DNA of 10,929 nt from Nitrosotalea sp. (lineage in GTDB: Archaea; Thermoproteota; Nitrososphaeria; Nitrososphaerales; Nitrosopumilaceae): contig JBOGQX010000022.1 in NCBI GenBank assembly GCA_050749285.1, positions 1 through 10,929 on the forward strand, given 5' to 3'. Of this stretch, positions 1 through 6,417 are shown one piece after another. A program made the position numbers and the translations under genes. The first letter of the stretch is position 1, and each line of letters opens with the position of its first letter. The notes under the pieces were generated by a model. It made no database searches and was not told the DNA's origin. It saw only the letters and a list, made by a program, of their open reading frames with translations.

Positions 1-155
1 AGCTAAAGGGCAAGTATCCAAGATTCTCAAAAGGCAAAAAGGAACAACTTGCAATTGATCTCTCCCACATGTACTATGATACAAGAGTTCAGGTTGTTAG
101 GGTCTTTGAACTGTTGGGCAAGGAACCGATGTTAGGCGAATATGATAATCTGTGA
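1..155 (+). CDS. 3' end of an unidentified protein-coding gene, truncated by the window edge
   Basis: Frame 3 is open from position 3 to TGA at 153-155 and translates to LKGKYPRFSKGKKEQLAIDLSHMYYDTRVQVVRVFELLGKEPMLGEYDNL*. No motif recognised. It is too short and partial to appear in the ORF track. Confidence 0.3.
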   Translation, partial: LKGKYPRFSKGKKEQLAIDLSHMYYDTRVQVVRVFELLGKEPMLGEYDNL

Positions 156-242
156 CCAACCTTCCTGTAATCTTATGAATCCCAAATAAGACTATCCTGA
201 ATCCATCCAAACCTTTCCTTGTCGTTAATTGTTGCTTCTTGG

Positions 243-424
243 TTGATCAACGAACCTTCTTTGAGCCTTGCAAGTCGTCTGTTGAACGTTACCTGAACGT
301 TGTAAAATCTTTCTTGAACCTTTGTTATTTCTTGTTGAACCCTTCTTATTCCCTCTTGAATCCCACTTGGAAGGACTTGATTTCTCTTGGAATGTGCTTT
401 AATGTTGCTTGATTTTGCTTAATT
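243..424. repeat. degenerate 21-bp periodic repeat array with a TTGAAC-like core
   Basis: Cores (TTGAAC, CTGAAC, TTGAAT, TTGATT, TTGGAA, TTGAGC) start at 261, 282, 293, 314, 335, 356, 367, 377, 387 and 409. The series 293-314-335-356-377 is spaced exactly 21 bp, as is 261-282. Extra copies sit 10-11 bp out of phase. No ORF with an ATG or GTG start covers it on either strand. Confidence 0.6.
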
Positions 425-510
425 TTTGTTAGAATTTGCTTGCAATACCGTCACGAACAAATCGAGCTAAAAATGGTTTTTTAATGGTCTTACATCAATG
501 TTGACAGAAA

Positions 511-660
511 CTACAATTCTGTCATCAGAATAATCTTACCATGTTCTTCTGTAAATACCAGAGTTTGCCCAACCTCTACCTTCATCAGCTTTCTTACCTC
601 TTCTGGAATGGTTACCTGATATCGTACAGTTACCTTGCTTGCGCCTAGTATCTTTGCCAT
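511..660 (-). CDS. AbrB/SpoVT/MazE-type swapped-hairpin DNA-binding protein (49 aa)
   Basis: Hand translation from ATG (660-658) to TAG (513-511): MAKILGASKVTVRYQVTIPEEVRKLMKVEVGQTLVFTEEHGKIILMTEL. The pattern (K-V-T-V-x-x-Q-V-T-I-P-x-E-V-R-x-x-M-x-V-x-x-G-x-x-L) is typical of SpoVT-AbrB domains. It falls below the 60-aa ORF-track cutoff. Confidence 0.75.
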   Translation of the reverse strand: MAKILGASKVTVRYQVTIPEEVRKLMKVEVGQTLVFTEEHGKIILMTEL

Positions 661-757
661 CCATCAAGACAAGTAAGATAATCAAGCATTATATGTAGCC
701 ATGAATACCAAGATTACCAAGATAAATCTTATAATCAGATAATTTTACCACAATACA

Positions 758-1528
758 ATGAAAATCAGAACGCTAACAATACTAGCTACAATTCTGACCA
801 TCACAGGAGGTGTCTTCTTTTCAGCACATGCCCAAACCGAACAGGGACAGGTTCCAACATGGTTCAAGGGTGTTGCTGGATATTGGGCAGAGGGAAAGAT
901 CTCACAAGGTGATTTCATTAATGCGATACAATTTCTAGTTAGCCAAAAAGTCATCACCCTCCCAAGCGAAGTTCCTTCTGCAAATGCTCAGACAACAAAC
1001 CAACAAAGTACAGGACAAACCAGTTCAACAACAGTTCAAGGACCACCGGGTCCGCAAGGACCAAAAGGTGACAAAGGAGATACTGGTCCACAGGGAATAG
1101 CCGGACCTCAAGGACCGGCAGGACCACAGGGATCAAAAGGAGATACCGGTCCGCAAGGACCAGTAGGACCACAAGGTGCAGTAGGTCCACAAGGACCTAT
1201 TGGACCGCAGGGACCACCTGCTAAGATCGTGCATCTTAATGCAGGAACATGTGGTTCCACAGTATCTTATGGTGGAGTTTCGGCATCAAGTGGATGGTGT
1301 CCTGCTGGTCTTGGTGTGTCAAATCCAATGTTTTTTATTGCAGATACCACTGTTACAGCAAACTCGGTGGTTTTGGTTACTACAAGTAATCCACCATCTT
1401 CCATTGGAGCTAATTGCTATGTCCTTCAAATATTTCCGGCACAAGGATTTGACCTACTTTGTAGTGGTTCTACATACAACAGTGTGCCAGTTGGTACAAC
1501 ACTAAACTATGCTATACTAAACCCATAG
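758..1528 (+). CDS. secreted collagen-like triple-helix repeat protein with a C-terminal globular domain
   Basis: Signal-peptide-like N-terminus [29 protein letters not shown]-rich motif follows ([34 protein letters not shown]), then an S/T/Q-rich linker, 20 uninterrupted Gly-X-Y triplets, and a 102-aa tail with 4 Cys. Confidence 0.85.
   Translation: MKIRTLTILATILTITGGVFFSAHAQTEQGQVPTWFKGVAGYWAEGKISQGDFINAIQFLVSQKVITLPSEVPSANAQTTNQQSTGQTSSTTVQGPPGPQGPKGDKGDTGPQGIAGPQGPAGPQGSKGDTGPQGPVGPQGAVGPQGPIGPQGPPAKIVHLNAGTCGSTVSYGGVSASSGWCPAGLGVSNPMFFIADTTVTANSVVLVTTSNPPSSIGANCYVLQIFPAQGFDLLCSGSTYNSVPVGTTLNYAILNP
1040..1219 (+). repeat. Gly-X-Y (collagen-like) coding triplet repeat, 20 units
   Basis: [60 protein letters not shown], read directly in the frame of the 758 ORF. 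At DNA level it is an imperfect GGNCCNCAR-type periodicity. Confidence 0.9.
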
Positions 1529-1535
1529 CATAATC

Positions 1536-1549
1536 TTTTTTTTCTTTTT
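1536..1549 (+). terminator. oligo-T tract, candidate archaeal-type terminator of the collagen-like gene
   Basis: TTTTTTTTCTTTTT begins 8 nt after the TAG stop (1526-1528). Confidence 0.4.
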
Positions 1550-1642
1550 AATTATAACAAATACCCTTATTGGTGCAATACAATTATGGCTGATTCGTTC
1601 ATTCTATTTTTCAAAACTATTCTCTATCTTTGAGATTGATAG

Positions 1643-1667
1643 AAACTCCGTAGCCACGAAGGAGTTT
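1643..1667. other. 7-bp-stem hairpin between convergent genes
   Basis: AAACTCC (1643-1649) and GGAGTTT (1661-1667) are exact reverse complements separated by an 11-nt loop. It lies between the 3' ends of the 758 (+) and 1700 (-) genes. Confidence 0.3.
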
Positions 1668-1699
1668 GATATTGTAATGGTTTTTCTTATTTTTGAGAG

Positions 1700-2167
1700 T
1701 CAAAACGGATAATCAAATAGGGCGTTTCTATTTTGTTCTAGGGCATTTTTTATTTCTTTAACGGTATTAACTGCTATTATTTGGTATCTTGCATATTGAT
1801 TCATCTCTGACAGAAATTTTTCTTGTATCCATGGAATTCGCAATGATCTGATCTTATCCTCGATTTTCTTATCAGCAGGATTAAGATTATGTGCAAATTG
1901 ATTTCTTATTTCGTTCATAGCCTTTGCATATGTGAACAGCCATTTATCCAGAAACCCCAAACCGTGCAAAATTTTTATTTTATAATTAAATGTGAAATGA
2001 GCATCATCAATTAATTCGTTAGAATTAGAGAACTTTTTTTCTATTGCAAGGTTAACGTAATGCTCTAGATAGAGATGCCCACGAATGAATAAGATGAGTT
2101 GGTTATCAGCTTTTATCACTTCTTCTATCATTTTATCAGTAAGATCCACAGATCCTTCTGAAGTCAT
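1700..2167 (-). CDS. HEPN-domain protein, MtlR/YggD-like (Rx4H motif)
   Basis: 155 aa with an ATG start at 2167. The motif IRNQFAH (R88-x4-H93, nt 1889-1906) is preceded by KIKILHGLGFLDKWLFTYAKAMNE. This matches the helix-loop-RNxFAH pattern of MtlR-like HEPN domains. The whole protein reads as helical. Confidence 0.55.
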   Translation of the reverse strand: MTSEGSVDLTDKMIEEVIKADNQLILFIRGHLYLEHYVNLAIEKKFSNSNELIDDAHFTFNYKIKILHGLGFLDKWLFTYAKAMNEIRNQFAHNLNPADKKIEDKIRSLRIPWIQEKFLSEMNQYARYQIIAVNTVKEIKNALEQNRNALFDYPF

Positions 2168-2375
2168 GATTGTTGTTTTAATTCTGAACTTCTAAAGTTT
2201 TACGACACACCGCAGATTTTTACTCGTCCGAGGGGGGCAGACTATTTTTACTCTTTGTCAATGAACTCCTTTGGGACTAATTCTAGGGTGCGGACCTATG
2301 AAAGTCTGCTTGCGTCAAATGGATCACTTTGATTCAAAACGTAAGTCAAAAAGCGTAGAAATAGTCGAGTTTGTA

Positions 2376-2999
2376 ATGTCTGATATGAGTAACATTTGGA
2401 ATAAGATATACGAAAATGATGCTTCATTTTTTGGTGAAGAATCAAGCAATTTTGCCATATCCTGTTATGATACCATGAAAGACAAAGTCAAGACAATACT
2501 AGAGTTAGGTTGTGGTCAAGGGCGAGATTCCTTATTTTTTGCATCAAAAGGCATCAAAGTAAAGGCATTGGATTATTCACAACTTGCAATAGAACAATTA
2601 TCACAACTTGCAAAACAAAAAGGCCTTTCCATCAATGCGTCTACATATGACGCAACTAAACCACTTCCGTTTAGTGACAGTGAATTTGATGCAGTATATT
2701 CGCACATGCTATTTAGCATGGGATTTACTCAGGAACAATTGAAGTTCATTTTTCAAGAGATTAAAAGAGTTTTGAAAAATAATGGATTCCATTTCTTTTC
2801 TGTTAGAAACCACAACGACAAATTCTATGGAACTGGAACTAGACTAGATGATGAAATATATGATATCAATGGATTTCAGATTCGATTTTTTACTAAACAG
2901 GAAATAGAGAATCTTTCTGAGGGCTTCAAGATAATTGAGATCAGAGAAGAATATGAAGAACCTGTGACACTTTATCTTGTTACCGCTAGAAAAGAATAG
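2376..2999 (+). CDS. class I SAM-dependent methyltransferase
   Basis: Motif I is ILELGCGQGRDSLFFA, the acidic motif II is KALDYS, followed by FDAVYSHMLF and LKNNGFHFFSV. I place the start at ATG 2376 (MSDMSNIW...). The ORF-track start at 2271 is a TTG that adds 35 residues with no domain. Confidence 0.85.
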   Translation: MSDMSNIWNKIYENDASFFGEESSNFAISCYDTMKDKVKTILELGCGQGRDSLFFASKGIKVKALDYSQLAIEQLSQLAKQKGLSINASTYDATKPLPFSDSEFDAVYSHMLFSMGFTQEQLKFIFQEIKRVLKNNGFHFFSVRNHNDKFYGTGTRLDDEIYDINGFQIRFFTKQEIENLSEGFKIIEIREEYEEPVTLYLVTARKE

Positions 3000-3044
3000 T
3001 AATTGTTGGATTAACTTTAAATTCATTTTCAAAGGATAGATAGT

Positions 3045-3350
3045 ATGGTAGAAACCATTAGTGCAGAGAAGTTAAAGGAACAAAAAGATAATTTTGTTAT
3101 AATAGATGTTCGTGAACCTGATGAACTTGCAGGAAGACAAATTGAAGGCTCGGTAAATATTCCATTAGGACTTGTTATAAGAAATGTAAGACAGGGAAAA
3201 TTAGATCATCTCAAAGGCAAGAAGATTGTCTGTCATTGTTCTGCTGGATATAGGGGAAATATTGGAGCTGAGGAACTAAGCAAATCTGGCTTTCAAGCAT
3301 TAAATCTTGAAGGTGGCTTTGAGGCTTGGAATAAGTTAAATCAAAAATGA
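3045..3350 (+). CDS. single-domain rhodanese-like sulfurtransferase
   Basis: 101 aa. It has VIIDVREPDELAGRQIEGSVNIPL and the active-site loop CHCSAGYRG (Cys followed by an Arg-containing loop), typical of stand-alone rhodanese domains. Confidence 0.85.
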   Translation: MVETISAEKLKEQKDNFVIIDVREPDELAGRQIEGSVNIPLGLVIRNVRQGKLDHLKGKKIVCHCSAGYRGNIGAEELSKSGFQALNLEGGFEAWNKLNQK

Positions 3351-3374
3351 GTATTTCTTCTCAAGTTTCTGGGT

Positions 3375-4031
3375 TTAGGATTCTGCTTTTCTATAAGCCT
3401 CTAATGCGGTAATCGCAAACGCGCCAGCAAGTAAGGAAAGTGGAATTGACAACCATAAAGCGTGTCTAAAGAAAACAAGATTGACAGTTTCAGCAGTCAA
3501 GATACAAACACTCTCGGCTGTAATCAAGACATACAGCGTTGTTTTCATTATTTGTTTAAAGTCAGGTGATTTGTATAATTGAGGAATCGACTTAACACCA
3601 ATTACAAAGTTGTTGAAGGTTGTTTTGATATTAGATACAAATCCATTATGTCCATCCTCTAAAGCAGAACAACAGCCATCAACTACTCGTTTTAAGTTAT
3701 ATCTTCCAAGTATCGTGGCAAATGTGGTAAATCCAGCAAGACCATAACCCAAAAGGTATGACATGGTAATTCCAAAAGGAGTTTTGAAACCAAACAAAAG
3801 GAAACTGCTATTCTGCCCTATCTCTGCTGATAAGATACAAAGGATCTCAATCCCTAATGCGGAAGCGTACATATTTTTTACATTACAAAAGAATCTAACG
3901 GTAGTATTGGATTCTTTTAGATGAATCTCTATACAGCAACAATCGTCTTTAATACAGAACTTACAGTCTTGTAGAGTTTGTTTACTGCATAATTCTGGAA
4001 TACATTCACAATCAGCACACTTGACGGACAA
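3375..4031 (-). CDS. membrane protein with a Cys-rich N-terminal segment (function unknown)
   Basis: About 4 hydrophobic helices (ALGIEILCILSAEIG, MSYLLGYGLAGFTTFATILG, TTLYVLITAESVCILTA, ALWLSIPLSLLAGAFAITAL). There are 9 Cys in the first 33 residues (CADCECIPELCSKQTLQDCKFCIKDDCCC). The start at 4031 is a TTG. The first ATG (3872) would remove the Cys-rich part. Confidence 0.5.
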   Translation of the reverse strand: MSVKCADCECIPELCSKQTLQDCKFCIKDDCCCIEIHLKESNTTVRFFCNVKNMYASALGIEILCILSAEIGQNSSFLLFGFKTPFGITMSYLLGYGLAGFTTFATILGRYNLKRVVDGCCSALEDGHNGFVSNIKTTFNNFVIGVKSIPQLYKSPDFKQIMKTTLYVLITAESVCILTAETVNLVFFRHALWLSIPLSLLAGAFAITALEAYRKAES

Positions 4032-4191
4032 TAGATGATGAATGTAGATTTACCTATTAAAACCATGTTTTGAATTTTTTGAGGCTAGTTTAATTAGATT
4101 TTGTGTTTCTTAATATGAAAATAAAAAATTGGGAGAGGGTTTTTTGGTTTCACCCAAATCACCTTCGGATTTTCCGGTTTGGAATGGATCC

Positions 4192-4218
4192 TGTCTCGGT
4201 CATGTGTGAGCCGAGACA
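4192..4218. other. 8-bp-stem inverted repeat in the GC-rich leader upstream of the integrase
   Basis: TGTCTCGG (4192-4199) and CCGAGACA (4211-4218) are exact reverse complements. The inner TCA/TGA can extend the stem with one bulged G. Confidence 0.5.
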
Positions 4219-4279
4219 CCACCCGGTCCACTTTTTGTATCGTTCGGAACCCCTTAAAAGCAACGAAAACTTTCACAAC

Positions 4280-5593
4280 ATGCAAAAATGTTTTAGACTT
4301 TTAGAAGACGATGATGTCAGAAGATGGTACGAGAATCTTTGTCGGGGAAGCAAGCTTACTGCCTCGGTAAGGCTGCGAAGACTGAACCTCTTCTGTATAC
4401 AGCACAAAACAACTCCAAAGGACCTGGTATCTATCGGAAAAGAGGATCCAAAAAAGCTTGAGGATATTTTACATGATCACGTGACAGATCTTGAATCAAA
4501 AAAATATGCGCCAAGCTACATCGAGGATATACTAAAGGCAGTCAGGTCGTGGTTCTCATACAACTATATCGAGCTGAAAAGAAAGATCAAGATAGCAAAC
4601 TCTGACATACCGGTAACACTACAGGACGAGAAGGTACCGTCAAAGCAGGAGCTCAAAGATATCCTAAATGCCGCAACAAGAAGGGCAAGAGCCAGTATCA
4701 GCCTGATGGCATTTGCAGGACTGCGACCTCAGGTTCTTGGAAAAGATGACGGCTCTGACGCATTGAGGATATCAGACATACCCGATCTAGTTGTGGAAAA
4801 AGATGCAGTACACTTCAAAAGAGTTCCTGCAATGATAACAGTACGACAGTCTCTTTCAAAGGCAGGACACAAGTACATCACATTTCTTACAAGCCAGGGG
4901 TGCCAGTATCTTCTTGGGTATCTCAAGGGTCGCATCATGACAGGAGAATCACTTGGACCAGACTCTCCTGTGATATCAGTAAGCAAGGGCTATGATAAAA
5001 AAGGAGGCAGAACAAGCAATCCAATAATCACAACGAAATGCATCACTGCAGAGATAAGAGATGCAATCTGGTCTGTCAAAAAGGCAAGGCCGTATGTGCT
5101 GAGATCATACTTTGATACCCAGCTTCTGCTGGCAGAAAGTCATGGAAGAATTGCACATGCATACAGGCAGTTCTTCATGGGACACAAGGGCGACATGGAA
5201 TCAAGGTACACAACTAACAAGGGAAGGCTGTCTGACGAGATGATAGAGGACATGAGAAGAACCTTTCAGCAAAGCGAGCAGTTTCTCTCCACAGACGAGA
5301 TACAGGAAAAGGACAAGAAGGAACTCCTCCTTGAGATGTGGCGCGAGCAGGCAAAACTCTACGGAATCAATCCACTAAAGATCAAGATAGAGAAGCAGAG
5401 AGATGAAGAAGGCACACCTGGTCTTGATGATGAAATTCTTGCAATAAAGGATGCAATTGTAAAATCAAGAGAGGAAAGGTATGAGGGAAAGCTGGTATCA
5501 GAAGACGAGCTTGTTGCGTTTATAGAGCAAGGGTGGGATATCATAAAAGAACTACAGAACGGCAAGGTCCTTGTGCGAAAGAGGGCTCTGTAG
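4280..5593 (+). CDS. tyrosine recombinase / integrase with a long C-terminal extension
   Basis: Catalytic signature read in order: AFAGLRPQVL (Arg I), HKYITFL (Lys region), YVLRSYFDT (Arg II box), FMGHKGDMESRYT (His and the nucleophilic Tyr at nt 5207-5209). A helical core-binding-like N-domain starts at MQKCFRLLEDDDVRRWYENL. The start is uncertain: ATG 4280 is preferred, with alternatives ATG 4184, ATG 4115 and GTG 4103. Confidence 0.85.
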   Translation: MQKCFRLLEDDDVRRWYENLCRGSKLTASVRLRRLNLFCIQHKTTPKDLVSIGKEDPKKLEDILHDHVTDLESKKYAPSYIEDILKAVRSWFSYNYIELKRKIKIANSDIPVTLQDEKVPSKQELKDILNAATRRARASISLMAFAGLRPQVLGKDDGSDALRISDIPDLVVEKDAVHFKRVPAMITVRQSLSKAGHKYITFLTSQGCQYLLGYLKGRIMTGESLGPDSPVISVSKGYDKKGGRTSNPIITTKCITAEIRDAIWSVKKARPYVLRSYFDTQLLLAESHGRIAHAYRQFFMGHKGDMESRYTTNKGRLSDEMIEDMRRTFQQSEQFLSTDEIQEKDKKELLLEMWREQAKLYGINPLKIKIEKQRDEEGTPGLDDEILAIKDAIVKSREERYEGKLVSEDELVAFIEQGWDIIKELQNGKVLVRKRAL

Positions 5594-5896
5594 AATCTTT
5601 AGTATGGATTCGATAACCTCTTCTTTTCTTCTGTAGGCCTTTTCTGATAGTACCGCAAGAAGTGCATTTACCAGTTCCTGATATGGCTCTATGGTATTAC
5701 AGACAAGATAATCGAGAAATTCGTGCCTTAGTGTCTGTACTGCTTTGTCGATCGTTTCAGAGTAGATGTATACCGTCCTTCCACATACCTCGCCCTCTTT
5801 TGTAGAATTGATATCAGGAATCCATCTGACCTGCAGTTCTTTTCCCTTTCCAGAGACTGCCCTGAGCCACGCAAGCTCTTCTTCAAGTCTGTCCAA
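5552..5896 (-). CDS. hypothetical protein (114 aa)
   Basis: ORF with only a TTG start (5896) and no internal Met. The sequence looks protein-like (…GRTVYIYSETIDKAVQTLRHEFLDYLV…), unlike its antisense partner 5766-5990. No family recognised. Its 3' end overlaps the integrase 3' end by 42 nt. Confidence 0.35.
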   Translation of the reverse strand: MDRLEEELAWLRAVSGKGKELQVRWIPDINSTKEGEVCGRTVYIYSETIDKAVQTLRHEFLDYLVCNTIEPYQELVNALLAVLSEKAYRRKEEVIESILKILQSPLSHKDLAVL

Positions 5897-6000
5897 TACA
5901 GATGATTCGGCTATTGCTTTTAAGGAGTTCAGCGATACGTGTCATCATGACATTCAAGATCTCTTACTCCATTATAGGGCCTCTGTATAACACTCAAATT

Positions 6001-6040
6001 CCTAAAGGTAGACTGAAAATTTTTTTAGCGTACCTTTAGG
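6001..6040. repeat. palindromic site A (10-bp perfect arms, 20-bp spacer)
   Basis: CCTAAAGGTA (6001-6010) and TACCTTTAGG (6031-6040) are exact reverse complements. The spacer is GACTGAAAATTTTTTTAGCG. It shares the core GACTGAAAATTTTTT and the half-site AAAGGTA with site B at 7870-7909. Confidence 0.8.
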
Positions 6041-6169
6041 AAAATCATTTCATGGAAACTCGCTGTTATGAAGAGCTTCTTGTTTTACACCATGGGAGCC
6101 AAGAGAAGTAAAAAAATTCTTCTGCTGAACTGAAAACGCGGGACAAAAGGCCTGAAATTATTGGTCGAT

Positions 6170-6203
6170 ATATACCAATCCGTATATATACGAGATGGTA
6201 TAT
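6170..6203. repeat. TATA-rich composite palindrome
   Basis: ATATACCA (6170-6177) and TGGTATAT (6196-6203) are reverse complements. They flank the self-complementary GTATATATAC (6182-6191). Confidence 0.7.
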
Positions 6204-6265
6204 GGTTTGAAAGTCTCACCACTTTGCCAAGATCTTTTCCAATAACAGCTCACTCTAAAGGGTCC

Positions 6266-6300
6266 ATTACGCCAAATGGCGTTACGCTAAACGGCGTAAC
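6266..6300. repeat. GC-rich cluster of four TTACGCC/GGCGTAA half-sites, able to form alternative hairpins
   Basis: ACGCCA (6269-6274) pairs with TGGCGT (6277-6282). GTTACGC (6281-6287) pairs with GCGTAAC (6294-6300). TTACGCC (6267-6273) can also pair with GGCGTAA (6293-6299). Confidence 0.7.
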
Positions 6301-6417
6301 ATGTGAAGATTCATTTGTCATAAAGTTCTGATTCCCGATTTTACTTTATAAAGCTATTTTACTTTATCAAATAATCCGCCCATCAATACATACTAATTCC
6401 TATAACAGGCGCCAAAT

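Noticed and set aside
1040-1219. The Gly-X-Y region as a slippage-prone simple-sequence contingency locus
   Set aside because: The triplets vary at the nucleotide level (GGACCA, GGTCCG, GGACCT and so on), and no long perfect tandem DNA unit is visible. Phase variation by slippage is therefore not supported by this sequence alone.
745-1505. ORFs 745-957 (-), 954-1190 (-) and 1200-1505 (+) from the track
   Set aside because: They overlap the collagen-like gene in antisense or alternative frames. Their translations are low-complexity artefacts of the GGNCCN repeat (L/V/P-rich). The 758-1528 frame has the signal peptide and the Gly-X-Y logic.
2271-2375. N-terminal extension of the methyltransferase from a TTG at 2271
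   Set aside because: The extension (MGLILGCGPMKVCLRQMDHFDSKRKSKSVEIVEFV) adds nothing to the Rossmann-fold domain. An ATG at 2376 gives a normal-length enzyme. The upstream stretch more likely holds the divergent promoters, including a CAGA(CTA)TTTTTACTC direct repeat at 2213-2225 and 2238-2253.
2844-3032. ORF 2844-3032 (-)
   Set aside because: It is antisense to the 3' end of the methyltransferase and gives an AT-rich low-complexity translation.
4131-4260. A tRNA gene or tRNA fragment as the integration target
   Set aside because: A GC-rich island next to an integrase suggested a tRNA. On both strands I could not assemble an acceptor stem, a T-arm (GTTCRANNC) or a 5-bp/7-nt anticodon arm. 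The only strong stem (4192-4218) has an 11-nt loop. The question is left for tRNAscan/Infernal.
4103-4279. Integrase N-terminal extension, and ORF 4094-4285 (-)
   Set aside because: Both translations are implausible (W/F/H/P-rich with no domain logic). The recombinase core-binding domain is complete from ATG 4280. ATG 4184 and ATG 4115 cannot be excluded as starts.
4729-5990. ORFs 4729-4986 (-), 5359-5565 (-) and 5766-5990 (+)
   Set aside because: These are shadow ORFs antisense to the integrase or to the 114-aa ORF. Their compositions are Ser/Pro/Cys-biased with no motifs.
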